A stretch of DNA of 64,000 nucleotides from a virus (IMGVR_UViG_3300008120_000061:11942-75941), one strand, 5' to 3'. Positions 48,818 to 57,988 are shown, counted from the stretch's first letter. Program-made: numbers and translations. Notes: generated from the sequence alone by a model not told the origin.

Positions 48818-48846
48818 ATAATAACGCACAATACAAAGTATGTCAA
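48818..48846 (-). promoter_or_regulatory. Sigma70-type promoter upstream of the endonuclease
   Basis: Minus strand TTGACA-N17-TATTAT. Confidence 0.7.
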
Positions 48847-48860
48847 TGTAAATTTTATAT

Positions 48861-48890
48861 AAAAAAGCCCACCATAAATTAATGATGGGT
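48861..48890 (-). terminator. Intrinsic terminator
   Basis: Minus strand CCCATCAT-TAATTT-ATGGTGGG followed by CTTTTTT. Confidence 0.6.
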
Positions 48891-48892
48891 TA

Positions 48893-48921
48893 ACTGTAAC
48901 AAATATTTGGTTAATAGTCAA
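48893..48921 (-). promoter_or_regulatory. Second sigma70-type promoter
   Basis: Minus strand TTGACT-N17-TACAGT with TG extension. Confidence 0.55.
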
Positions 48922-48930
48922 GACAAATTT

Positions 48931-49251
48931 TTAATTAATTACTACCTTTTCAGGACCTATTCCATATATGTCTAGGACTAACTCGCGTAACAAACCTGTT
49001 TTTGTATATATAGCTGTATAGTTTTTATTTATTAGCGGATTAACTCTGTACAATTTTTCAGTAGCAAAACTAGCTTTATAGCTATGTCTAAGCTCTATTA
49101 TATGCTCAGGTTCTTTATCAGAAAGATCTCCGTAAAAACGACTAATTAGAGCTGAGACATACTTGTCTAGCTCGTCATAAGATAGTTGTAAAATAAAATC
49201 TAATGTACTGTCGTCTAAGTCGTATAAATACAGTGCGGAGTCTTGATTCAA
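48931..49251 (-). CDS. Hypothetical protein (likely TTG start at 49251 rather than 49401)
   Basis: The longer ORF overlaps D2 and its hairpin; an in-frame TTG follows GAGA. Confidence 0.5.
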   Translation of the reverse strand: MNQDSALYLYDLDDSTLDFILQLSYDELDKYVSALISRFYGDLSDKEPEHIIELRHSYKASFATEKLYRVNPLINKNYTAIYTKTGLLRELVLDIYGIGPEKVVIN

Positions 49252-49266
49252 TATGTTTCTCAAGGC

Positions 49267-49290
49267 AAGGGCGGCATTTCTGCCGCCCTT
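49267..49290 (-). terminator. Hairpin after D2
   Basis: Minus strand AAGGGCGGCA-GAAA-TGCCGCCCTT; weak U tract. Confidence 0.65.
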
Positions 49291-49300
49291 TAGGTTAAGA

Positions 49301-49987
49301 TCACTCTTTAGCTGCTTTTGGAGTGTAGTCAGTTGCAGAAAGACCGCGACGGCTAAGAACAGTCTTAACACCACGATCGGTCTTGCCGTAGTGCTCAGCA
49401 AGCTCTGCTACAGTCATACGAGTAGCAAGTTCTTCGATCCCCTCATAAGAATCACTACGTGCAACTTTCTTGTCACGCTGAGGTGCTTTAAGTTGCATAG
49501 AAAGAAGCTTTCCACGAATGCTCTGAACGCTCTTACCAAGAGCATCTGCAATATCTTCAATGAAAGAGCCGCTGTTAGCCATTTCAGCAATTTTAGTTTC
49601 TTCGGCTTCGCTATAAGTGCGAGGAGCTGCTTTCTTATCGGCTGGCTTAATAGAGCCAGTCATTTCAAGGCTAAGAGCCTTACCATTAATTTGACGTGCA
49701 TTAAACTTACCGTCGGCAACGCGCTCAGCGATTTCCTCAGCAGTGTATGCACCATCATTTGCTTCCAAGAAGTCACGAAGTTCATTCGTTTCTTCGTCAG
49801 AGAAGGTTGGAGCTGCTTTAGGCTTGTGCGGAACGTCAAAACCTTGCTTGCGCAATTTTGCAGTTACGCTACGACGCGGGAATTCAAACTCATCGCAGAG
49901 CTGAGAGATAATATCTTCAGTCACCCCGCTTCCGCAAAGCTCTTCCATGCGAGCTACCATTTCTTCTGTATATTCAAATTTAGCCAT
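49301..49987 (-). CDS. DNA-binding protein (T5 D2-like)
   Basis: 'RSVTAKLRKQGF', 'YTAEEIA', 'QINGKALSLEMT', 'MTVAELAEHYGKTDRGVKTVLSRRGL' track T5 D2. Confidence 0.88.
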   Translation of the reverse strand: MAKFEYTEEMVARMEELCGSGVTEDIISQLCDEFEFPRRSVTAKLRKQGFDVPHKPKAAPTFSDEETNELRDFLEANDGAYTAEEIAERVADGKFNARQINGKALSLEMTGSIKPADKKAAPRTYSEAEETKIAEMANSGSFIEDIADALGKSVQSIRGKLLSMQLKAPQRDKKVARSDSYEGIEELATRMTVAELAEHYGKTDRGVKTVLSRRGLSATDYTPKAAKE

Positions 49988-50061
49988 ATTCTGTTTCCTC
50001 TTTATAATAATATGTATTTTTGGTTGGTTGTCATTATGTTGTTTTTCTCAACAACTAAAGT

Positions 50062-50090
50062 ATCTTAACAAACTTTTTTATGACAAGCAA
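50062..50090 (-). promoter_or_regulatory. Sigma70-type promoter for D2
   Basis: Minus strand TTGCTT-N17-TAAGAT with TG extension; a second candidate TTGCAT-N17-TATATT lies at 50160-50188. Confidence 0.65.
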
Positions 50091-50196
50091 GAGAAATATT
50101 ACTTTTAGTCACTCTCGTCTTATATAGTCATTTGATACTTTTGTTATTTCGATAAAATAAATATAACTCTTTTCAACACGGTATGCAAATGTAATT

Positions 50197-50517
50197 TTAC
50201 TTTAAATTACCGCTTTCCTGGATTTTAAGTTTTATGCCATCTACCACCTTCTCCAGGTTAGACTTTTTAGTAAGATTTAAGCCTTCAATTTCTATGCCTA
50301 GTATATTTTCTAGTTCAATAACCATACTCTTTACACTTCTTTTGCTAGTCTTTTCATCTTCTGGCTTTTTGTATATTTTTAGCTGTACTAACTTACTGAT
50401 AATACTTCTAGTCTTTTTTCCAAAATGCTCTGCAATATCTTCTATATCTAGTTCATCTTCAGTGTATAGCTTGATTAGCTCTACTTCTTCTTCGTCATTC
50501 CAAGCTTTACCGTTCAT
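50197..50517 (-). CDS. HTH protein (T5 D3-like)
   Basis: 'WNDEEEVELIKLY..IAEHFGKKTRSIISKLVQLKIY'. Confidence 0.65.
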   Translation of the reverse strand: MNGKAWNDEEEVELIKLYTEDELDIEDIAEHFGKKTRSIISKLVQLKIYKKPEDEKTSKRSVKSMVIELENILGIEIEGLNLTKKSNLEKVVDGIKLKIQESGNLK

Positions 50518-50822
50518 TTAATTTCTTCCTCGTCTGGTTTATTTACAATCCGATCTACTTTTTTTCTCCATAAATCAGTTATTAATTCTGATGCGTCACT
50601 TAGTAGATGCACCCAAGTATCTATATGCTCTTCAGTGACTGAAATTCCATTTGTAGTTCTTAACCACTCACCAGTATCCCCATCTTGATAATACTCTCTG
50701 GTGTGTACTCTAACTACCCCTCTCCACTTATTAACCGTAACCTTTATCGCTCTGTTCACGCCTTTTTGTGGAGGTAAATCGCAAATAAATCCTAAATCAT
50801 ATTCTTCATCACTATCAGACAT
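50514..50822 (-). CDS. PC4/YdbC-like ssDNA-binding protein
   Basis: 'VTVNKWRG..VHTREYY....GEW..T.NGIS'. Confidence 0.8.
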   Translation of the reverse strand: MSDSDEEYDLGFICDLPPQKGVNRAIKVTVNKWRGVVRVHTREYYQDGDTGEWLRTTNGISVTEEHIDTWVHLLSDASELITDLWRKKVDRIVNKPDEEEIK

Positions 50823-51933
50823 GCTTACTCCTAACTGTACTAGAAGCGTTTGAAATTTTAGTCACAACTTCATAGTACTTATTACCAACTTCCGTCCAAG
50901 TATTTAATAACGATGTATCTACTGATATAGTTTTTAAGTTATTAATAACATAGTGAAGTTGTTTAGCTAGATCATTTGCGTCTGGTTCTAGCACCCATTT
51001 ATGACCGCCCATTTGTGTCATTGCGTCTTCTGCTTTTAGACCAAAAATTTCATACATATTTACTATTCGTTTAGAGCTAGCAATCTTAAAGTCTTTTACA
51101 AACTCATCAGTAGGTCCGCCGAAAGTTACTATAGGTACACATCCACAGGCCATAGCTTCCTGTACGTGCATACCAAAACCTTCACCTCTATAAGGATGAA
51201 CTAGTACGTGCGCTTGTTTGTATAGCGCAGCCATTTCTTCTTCACTTCTAACACTATCATCATATATAATATCTGCACATTTAGTTTTGTATTGCAGCTT
51301 TACAATATCTTCTTGAGTGTTAGACGCTCCATAAACTTGTGGAGTATCTTTAATAATTAGTTGAACTGGTGTACCTTGTTTAGTTATTTGACTCCATACA
51401 CTCAGTAGTATGTCTAATCCTTTTCTAAATTGGTGACAACCTACATACAGTACTGTAATTTTAGTGTTGTCTTTAGTGTTTGGTTTATTAAATATATCTG
51501 GATTGTATCCATTAGGAATAGAGACTACTCTTTGAGGATTAATCCCACTATTTAAATATACTTCTCTTGTCCATTCACTAGGAGTTATTAGCAAATCTGC
51601 AAATGTCTCAAATTTGTATTGCCACTCAAAAGGAACAGCCATGTATTCCCAAGGCTGAATAAAAACAATTTTTGTGTTATTACCAACGGGCCAACGCCAC
51701 ATTGGAGGATAGGTATGCCTAATCTGAACATCAACACTATCGAGTGGTTTATTAACCAAGCTAGATATAGTTTGAGCATCGATTTTAGATAACTTATGGT
51801 CTGATGAATAGGTGTCGAGCGCAGAAATTGATAAGTTAACTTTATCTTTAAGCTGCAAAGCAATATTTCTATTTACAATAGACAGTGAATGGTTGTCAAA
51901 CACTTTGCCGATTAGTTCTACATTAATTGCCAT
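50815..51933 (-). CDS. GT4 (GT-B, retaining) glycosyltransferase
   Basis: 'IPNGY', 'RKGLDILL', 'HPYRGEGFGMHVQEAMACG'. Confidence 0.92.
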   Translation of the reverse strand: MAINVELIGKVFDNHSLSIVNRNIALQLKDKVNLSISALDTYSSDHKLSKIDAQTISSLVNKPLDSVDVQIRHTYPPMWRWPVGNNTKIVFIQPWEYMAVPFEWQYKFETFADLLITPSEWTREVYLNSGINPQRVVSIPNGYNPDIFNKPNTKDNTKITVLYVGCHQFRKGLDILLSVWSQITKQGTPVQLIIKDTPQVYGASNTQEDIVKLQYKTKCADIIYDDSVRSEEEMAALYKQAHVLVHPYRGEGFGMHVQEAMACGCVPIVTFGGPTDEFVKDFKIASSKRIVNMYEIFGLKAEDAMTQMGGHKWVLEPDANDLAKQLHYVINNLKTISVDTSLLNTWTEVGNKYYEVVTKISNASSTVRSKHV

Positions 51934-52756
51934 ATAACAGCCTCGCTTCTTGCTTACAATAACTATTTAGTTCGTCTTTATGCACTAGCTTTAGTGTTGG
52001 CCATTGCGGACCCATATTACTAGTTTTAAAATTAATCATATCTCTATAGTTAGTAGCGTTTACTGTTTTTTGTATATCGTAGAACGGATCACGTTTACTT
52101 TCAATAGAATGACCGAAGTTGTTTACTTTTACTGTTAAATCTTTATCAGGTCTACAAAAGCTGTAGTGTAGTATTCCTAATGGAGATTTAAGTTTTTTAG
52201 GTGCGTTAGTCCATCTGCAATAGGTATAAGTATGTATATTTTTCCAAGCACTAAATCCTTGTACGTCTTTAGTAAATACGTGATTTCTATTCTCATCGGC
52301 AATTATTAAGTAGCCTTCTGGAAGCTCTTTATAAAGCAAAAACCATGTAAACATTAGCTCTACGTCTTTATAGTTCTCTACTAGCGGGCAAAAGTCTTCA
52401 AAGAACTCTTTAGCGTTAATTAGTATTTCGTCTGCGTCAAACGAGAAGATCCAATCATTGCTACACTGTTCTTTTAGAAAGTTGCGTTCATGAGTATCGT
52501 TCTCAATGGGAACTCTACTGCGATGAAAATTTTCTTCTACTACAGTAACTTTGCCCTCAGTATCTATTTCAGATAAAGCTTTCCATAGTTCATCTTCATC
52601 AAAACTAAAACGGTTACCGCTCCAACTAATTCTATCTTTATCCAGACCTAAAACTATTTCGTCTACATAGTTATAATAGCTTTTAATGCTTTCTGGTAAA
52701 TAATGTGCGTCATAACTAATTAGACTTATCACGCTCTTCTTTTGTGTAGACTTCAT
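51923..52756 (-). CDS. GT2-like glycosyltransferase
   Basis: 'SYYNYVDEIV', 'ERNFL', 'WIFSFDADE', 'ILHYS'. Confidence 0.85.
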   Translation of the reverse strand: MKSTQKKSVISLISYDAHYLPESIKSYYNYVDEIVLGLDKDRISWSGNRFSFDEDELWKALSEIDTEGKVTVVEENFHRSRVPIENDTHERNFLKEQCSNDWIFSFDADEILINAKEFFEDFCPLVENYKDVELMFTWFLLYKELPEGYLIIADENRNHVFTKDVQGFSAWKNIHTYTYCRWTNAPKKLKSPLGILHYSFCRPDKDLTVKVNNFGHSIESKRDPFYDIQKTVNATNYRDMINFKTSNMGPQWPTLKLVHKDELNSYCKQEARLLYGN

Positions 52757-52803
52757 ATAATCCTATCCCTTTATCCCATAAGTGTTTTTGTTGAGCATAC
52801 GCC

Positions 52804-53622
52804 TTACGTCTTTTTGACGCTGCTAGCGCTCTTTTTTGTGCTCTTACTATTGACTTCTTTTGTTTCTTCATATACTATCTCATCTATAGATTTCATTAGA
52901 TTACTAGACTTCCATTTTTCCATAAAAATAGATTGGTTTATTCGCCATTTATCTCTTTTTTCTGGGTCTGAGGCTTGTATTCTTTTGTTGTCTTTCCCCT
53001 CGAAGTGTAATAGCTTAACAGGTGTTTGATATATTTTCCAGCCAAGGCTACGGGCAGAAAGACAGTAATCCACGTCACGATAGTAAGTCCAATGAAAGCT
53101 GGGATCAAAATTGCCAACGGCAGAAAGCATAGCGCTGCGCAAATATACACCGCCGAATGTAACCCAGGATACGTTTCTAATTTTTCCGTTGTATTGTCCT
53201 TTGTCTGACTCCACTTTTCTAGATGCGCTTCCGTTAGAGAGATCAAGCCCTCCTCCGTAATGTATTGCCTCGCCATTTTCAAATCTCCCACCGGCGTGTT
53301 GTATAAAGTAATTACCTTCTTCATCGGTAGCCGGATATAATAGTGTTGTTCCAAACATGCCAGCTTCTGGAAAGCGTTTGGCATAATCGCATAGTTTATG
53401 ATACCAGTTGTTGTTTATATCTTCAGGTAGAGGTAACATATCAGCATGTAATAGAATAATATCTCTATTAGGATTAGTATTCCATAAAGTTTGATAAGCT
53501 AAATCACTACCTATTCTACCACGATCTTCCCAAAATACAACTGGCACGTCCCACTTTAGGGCTGCTTTTAGCGGTTGAATTTCTTGTTGATTAACATAAG
53601 GTACTACTACTAACGGTTCCAT
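52804..53622 (-). CDS. GT2 glycosyltransferase
   Basis: 'IILLHAD', 'IQHAGG', 'VGNFD', 'YYRDVDYC', 'LLHFEG'. Confidence 0.88.
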   Translation of the reverse strand: MEPLVVVPYVNQQEIQPLKAALKWDVPVVFWEDRGRIGSDLAYQTLWNTNPNRDIILLHADMLPLPEDINNNWYHKLCDYAKRFPEAGMFGTTLLYPATDEEGNYFIQHAGGRFENGEAIHYGGGLDLSNGSASRKVESDKGQYNGKIRNVSWVTFGGVYLRSAMLSAVGNFDPSFHWTYYRDVDYCLSARSLGWKIYQTPVKLLHFEGKDNKRIQASDPEKRDKWRINQSIFMEKWKSSNLMKSIDEIVYEETKEVNSKSTKKSASSVKKT

Positions 53623-54590
53623 AAATTCTTACCTTTTTGTTCATACCAATCTGCAAATAATTCCATAATAGCATCTGGGCTAATATTATGAACGCATGAA
53701 AAACCATTGCTAGTTTCATCACACATTTTAGGCCAGAATCCCATAGACGCATGTGGACCTTCTGGATACTTATTATCTTCGCTATATATCTTTGGCTTTA
53801 CGCAATCATAGTTTCCACAATGTATGGCAGATTTTAGCGTTTTATGCCAACCGCTGTGGTAATGCTCTGGACTATCATACTCAGCAGGAAAAACCGATGG
53901 TATTGTAATAGTGTCTAATCCTAGACCTGCGGCTGCATGAGAGTGCAATCCCATAGGTCCAATAAAAATATGACTATTATTAAGTTTTCTCAGTGAGTCT
54001 AATAACGATCCATATTCTACATCTCTACCCAACAATGCTATTCTAGCTTTTATATTATTTTGTTCTAAGTAGTATTTTAGTTTAGATAAAAATCCGATGC
54101 GCATAGCTTCATTTTTAGTTTTTCTATTCCAGTCAAGTGGTCCAACAGTAGAAATAACTATATGATCGCTAGGCAAATTCTTATCACTACCTACATTAAA
54201 CACAGTCTCAGTATTCCAAAAATCATCTTTACCATACTGTGCGAATAGTGTAGATGATTGGCTGCGTACTATTCCTAAATCACTAAACCACGCATGTTGT
54301 TCAATAATCTCATTAAACTCTACCGACTCTTTAGAGCCGAATAACTTCACAGACATACCGTTTATAGTTCTTACAATTTGTCCCACTCCTGCAATGCCTT
54401 CTTGTAAAGAAAGCACATGAAGTATATCTATATTTTCTTTTTCACCCTCTGATGTGGTAGGTACTAGGTTTTCTCTAGTGCAAAAGTATATATTAGTATT
54501 AGGAAATTTTTGCTTATACAATCTAGCTGTATGAGTTCCTAGTATACAGTCTCCAACTGCTTGCGAATTGTATATTAGTACATTTTTCAT
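53610..54590 (-). CDS. GT9 (heptosyltransferase)-like glycosyltransferase
   Basis: 'AVGDCILGT..YKQKFPN', 'FIGPMGLHSHAAAGLG', Cys-rich C-term ending 'CVHNISPD'. Confidence 0.72.
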   Translation of the reverse strand: MKNVLIYNSQAVGDCILGTHTARLYKQKFPNTNIYFCTRENLVPTTSEGEKENIDILHVLSLQEGIAGVGQIVRTINGMSVKLFGSKESVEFNEIIEQHAWFSDLGIVRSQSSTLFAQYGKDDFWNTETVFNVGSDKNLPSDHIVISTVGPLDWNRKTKNEAMRIGFLSKLKYYLEQNNIKARIALLGRDVEYGSLLDSLRKLNNSHIFIGPMGLHSHAAAGLGLDTITIPSVFPAEYDSPEHYHSGWHKTLKSAIHCGNYDCVKPKIYSEDNKYPEGPHASMGFWPKMCDETSNGFSCVHNISPDAIMELFADWYEQKGKNLWNR

Positions 54591-54599
54591 TAAATTTCC

Positions 54600-55637
54600 T
54601 TAAGCGTTAAATAGTTTATCAGTCCAAGTTTTAGGTGTGGAAGGCGTAATAATCTCTAGATCTAAATGATATTTAAAGTCTCTATTAGGCTGAGTACGCA
54701 TCCAGTTTACAGTATCTGCAATAGTTTCATCAGTAGAATTATTAGTTGCGTAGTTTAGCACAGTTTTAGCTTTGGTAGTAGATACCCATGCATCTTTTAC
54801 TTCCCTAGGACGTTCAGGTAGATGTGTTATATTAGGATCTACATTAAAGTATCTACTTACCTTAACTGCCAGTTCTTTTACTGTTATCTCAGTTCCATCA
54901 TCGGGTCCTATATTGAATACTTCTCCAGATCCTATGCTATCTCTAGAGTTGTAAGCAGTTACATACGCATCTACACAGTCTGTTACATGAGAGAATGAAC
55001 GTTTTTGCGACCCGTCTCCGTATATGTATATAGGTTTATTACGTTTTAACTGATTAGCAAAAATACTCATAACATTTCTAAATGGATCACTGTAGCATTG
55101 ATGCGGTCCGCATACATTATGAGGAACCATTGTAATAACTTTAATGCCATGAATGTCACTCATTAGCTTTAAATGCTGTTCAGCGTGTAGCTTAGCTAAT
55201 CCATATGGGTCTATAGGAGTAGGAATTGTTTCATCTTCAATAAATGGAGGATTCTGTGCTCCATATCTAGCCATTGAACTAGTATTAATAAACGTTGCAA
55301 CATCGTTTGCACAAGCGGCGCTGGCTACTGATGCTGTTCCTGCATAAATATTTTCAACAATTGTTTTAGGTGCAAATACGCTTAGCCCTTCGTGAGCTAA
55401 TGCAGCACAGTGTATAACAGCTTCTGGCTTATGAAACTTAAATATTTCAGAAAGTCGCTTAGTATTTAAAATGTCTATATTATAATAGTAAAAGCTTTTG
55501 TTTTGCTCTGGCATATTGCTGGCGTAGCCACCAATTAAGTTATCTACACCAACTACAATATATCCTAACTCTAAAAACTTATAGCAAAGATGGCTACCTA
55601 TTAGTCCAGCGCTACCAGTAATTACAATAGTTTTCAT
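54600..55637 (-). CDS. NAD-dependent NDP-sugar epimerase/dehydratase
   Basis: 'ITGSAGLIG', 'HCAA', 'TSSMARYG', YxxxK 'YGLAK', 'GDGSQKRSF'. Confidence 0.93.
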   Translation of the reverse strand: MKTIVITGSAGLIGSHLCYKFLELGYIVVGVDNLIGGYASNMPEQNKSFYYYNIDILNTKRLSEIFKFHKPEAVIHCAALAHEGLSVFAPKTIVENIYAGTASVASAACANDVATFINTSSMARYGAQNPPFIEDETIPTPIDPYGLAKLHAEQHLKLMSDIHGIKVITMVPHNVCGPHQCYSDPFRNVMSIFANQLKRNKPIYIYGDGSQKRSFSHVTDCVDAYVTAYNSRDSIGSGEVFNIGPDDGTEITVKELAVKVSRYFNVDPNITHLPERPREVKDAWVSTTKAKTVLNYATNNSTDETIADTVNWMRTQPNRDFKYHLDLEIITPSTPKTWTDKLFNA

Positions 55638-56143
55638 GCTTTCTCACCGTAAACACAGAAGCTAAATGCGCTATCTCTTTGAGAAGCATAAACATTTTTA
55701 AATCCTAACTTATATTCAAAGTAGAATCTAAGCTGTTGAGGCTCAAAGTTATTAACATGTCGCTTAGTAGGCATAAATCTAGTATCCCAATACTCACAAT
55801 CTGTGTGTGGTAGATATAGAAAAATTATGCCATTAGAAACAAGCGAGTCGCTCCAATATTGCAGAGTTTCTTCCCAGTTTTCTATATGCTCTAAGCAATG
55901 AGAAGAGAATATGTATTCTAAGTTTCCAGCATTAGGCAGGTTATTAGCGTGCCAATCATCAGGAAGTTCTAAATCCGCCAAAAGAGCTCCTGGATAAGCC
56001 CATTCAGGTTTTTTACATCCAACATCTACTCCAAGGGTTTTTTCTGCAAGAACATGTTTTGCAACAGGTAAAATAAACTGAGCATGGTTTCCATGACTAA
56101 TAAAGTCTGGATAGTTTTTATCATTGAATTTATTTAATTTCAT
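55634..56143 (-). CDS. Class I SAM-dependent methyltransferase
   Basis: 'GVDVGC', 'IFSSHCLEH', 'GIIFLYLP'; likely ATG at 56143, coupled to the upstream stop. Confidence 0.82.
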   Translation of the reverse strand: MKLNKFNDKNYPDFISHGNHAQFILPVAKHVLAEKTLGVDVGCKKPEWAYPGALLADLELPDDWHANNLPNAGNLEYIFSSHCLEHIENWEETLQYWSDSLVSNGIIFLYLPHTDCEYWDTRFMPTKRHVNNFEPQQLRFYFEYKLGFKNVYASQRDSAFSFCVYGEKA

Positions 56144-56703
56144 TATAATACCTTTACTAGTACTACGTACCCTTGTTCTGTCCAAGTCATTGGCCAAGCT
56201 TGAATCAACTCTATTAATCCTTGCTCTTCTAGCTTAACTATAGCTGCGTGTATACCATTTGAATGACCTTCAATTACATCGTCATATGCTAGCCACTTAG
56301 CTCCTTTTTCAATAGACAGCATACTATCAGAAAGAGTAGCTTCAAATGTGTGTTCTCCATCAATAAAAGCCATGTCTACTGTAGGTATAACCCAGTCTTT
56401 AGCTATTTGATGAGTAGAGTTGGCTAGCAACCAATCAACATGTACATCGGTGAAAGTTTCTTTCGTTGCGTGCAAGGCTGCTTCTGTATCTGGATGATAA
56501 TTAATATCTATTATATACAGAGTTTTTATTCCAGATTGAATCCAAGTAGCAGCACTATATCCTATATTAAAACCTATTTCAAGCATAGAATTAGCTTTAG
56601 TTATATCAATAATACTATTAGCTACTTTTATACAGTCTATAGTAGACCAGTAACCTTCAGAACTAGAAAATTTTCTTAAATGATCGTATTGTAACTTATA
56701 CAT
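56143..56703 (-). CDS. Class I SAM-dependent O-methyltransferase-like protein
   Basis: 'MLEIGFNIGYSA', 'AFIDGEH', 'AYDD'. Confidence 0.87.
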   Translation of the reverse strand: MYKLQYDHLRKFSSSEGYWSTIDCIKVANSIIDITKANSMLEIGFNIGYSAATWIQSGIKTLYIIDINYHPDTEAALHATKETFTDVHVDWLLANSTHQIAKDWVIPTVDMAFIDGEHTFEATLSDSMLSIEKGAKWLAYDDVIEGHSNGIHAAIVKLEEQGLIELIQAWPMTWTEQGYVVLVKVL

Positions 56704-57397
56704 CTACACTCTCCCAAATTTTATCCCAATTTACTAGCGGTGTATGGTGTCTGTCTGTCATATGACTTGCCACTCCTGGTAGCGGATTTATACATGGAAC
56801 TGTTTTATAAATCTCTTCAAATACTTTATCATTACTAGTAGGTGCCGCTTGTTTTAGGGCTGGCATATGAGCTAGCCAAGTGGAGCCTTTAGCAATTGCA
56901 GTCATAGTACCACTATCTATTGTTCTCCAGTGTCTGTCTTTACCTACTAAAACTTGGCAAGGCTTTGGGGGATTATATCTATCTGGATAATCATAAGGAA
57001 CTGCAAAATAAGCCCATGAAAATAATGTATCCCGAAGCACATTTAGTGCGTCGGGAGTATGTAGATAATCATCTTCTACGATATAATGTAACTCTTCGGG
57101 AAATTCCTTAGAGTAGTTTTCTAGAGTTTCTACTAAAGTTACTGTGTGCTGGTGAAACTCCCACGAATGAGACGGAACAGATACTTTTATAAGTTCTGAT
57201 TTACTATTAGCATATAACCAAGCTAAGGTATCAGGAGATAAGGAATCCTCAATTAAGACTACCTTATCTCCCGATGAAATACTATTTTGAATTGACAACC
57301 AGCATTTTTTCAGTATAATTGTTTTATTAGTATTATTAAAACGAGTTACATAGGAAATAGTATTTTGTTTTTCGCAAGCTCTAAAGTAGATTATCAT
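56696..57397 (-). CDS. GT-A fold glycosyltransferase-like protein
   Basis: 'HYIVEDDYLH', 'YDYPDRY', 'PLPGVASH'; first gene of the glycan operon. Confidence 0.72.
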   Translation of the reverse strand: MIIYFRACEKQNTISYVTRFNNTNKTIILKKCWLSIQNSISSGDKVVLIEDSLSPDTLAWLYANSKSELIKVSVPSHSWEFHQHTVTLVETLENYSKEFPEELHYIVEDDYLHTPDALNVLRDTLFSWAYFAVPYDYPDRYNPPKPCQVLVGKDRHWRTIDSGTMTAIAKGSTWLAHMPALKQAAPTSNDKVFEEIYKTVPCINPLPGVASHMTDRHHTPLVNWDKIWESVDV

Positions 57398-57454
57398 TTA
57401 ATATCCATTATAAAAAATAGTGCTTAAAAAATGATAAAGCACTTTCTTAATATA

Positions 57455-57483
57455 AGAATATATAAATTACTCCTACAATGCAA
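57455..57483 (-). promoter_or_regulatory. Promoter for the glycan operon
   Basis: Minus strand TTGCAT-N17-TATTCT. Confidence 0.55.
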
Positions 57484-57491
57484 GGATAATT

Positions 57492-57749
57492 TTACTTTTT
57501 TTGCTTGATGGTTTTTGGTTTAGGTTTTACAATAGGCAACTCTTTAGCTAATTGTTCCATTCTAAGACGTTGTTTTTTATTAGTTCGTAAAGTGCCTTGA
57601 ACTTTATCTTCTCTGCGTTTTTGGCCCTTACTCTTAAAGAACTCGCGTTCTTTTAGTTCTTGGTATAAACCCTCTCTGCTTAGCTTTCTCATTAAAGCTT
57701 TATAGCTTCTAAGAGGATCTCCACCATATTTTTTCGTATTTACTTGCAT
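57492..57749 (-). CDS. rpsU: Ribosomal protein bS21-like
   Basis: From ATG 57749: 'MQVNTKKYGGDPLRSYKALMRKLSREGLYQELKEREFFKSKGQKRREDK' follows the bS21 pattern. Confidence 0.75.
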   Translation of the reverse strand: MQVNTKKYGGDPLRSYKALMRKLSREGLYQELKEREFFKSKGQKRREDKVQGTLRTNKKQRLRMEQLAKELPIVKPKPKTIKQKK

Positions 57750-57988
57750 ACTATACCCGAATTCTTTGCCCATTGTAAAATTTTTGTGAAATCATGTTTA
57801 CCATTTAGTGAGTATCCAAACTTATTATTTTTTACTAAATAGAAACTAGGAGTGCTAGTAATTTCAAAACTAGCTGCAGCAGTTTCTATAGAAATAGCCT
57901 CTGCATCATATCCTAACTGTTTTAGCTCTGCTATTTGTTTTAGCACGTACTTTTCAGTAATGCTATCGTATACTCCTACAATATTCAT
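57740..57988 (-). CDS. Small thioredoxin-fold-like protein lacking CxxC
   Basis: 'AASFEITSTPSFYLVKN...LNG' resembles the cis-Pro region of thioredoxins. Confidence 0.45.
   Translation of the reverse strand: MNIVGVYDSITEKYVLKQIAELKQLGYDAEAISIETAAASFEITSTPSFYLVKNNKFGYSLNGKHDFTKILQWAKNSGIVCK

Noticed and set aside
49253-50068. 271-aa plus-strand ORF antisense to D2
   Set aside because: It shadows a well-supported gene with biased codons and has no SD or protein-like motifs.
52938-53384. 148-aa same-strand alternate-frame ORF inside the GT2 gene
   Set aside because: Fully nested, with no clear SD or motif; probably incidental.
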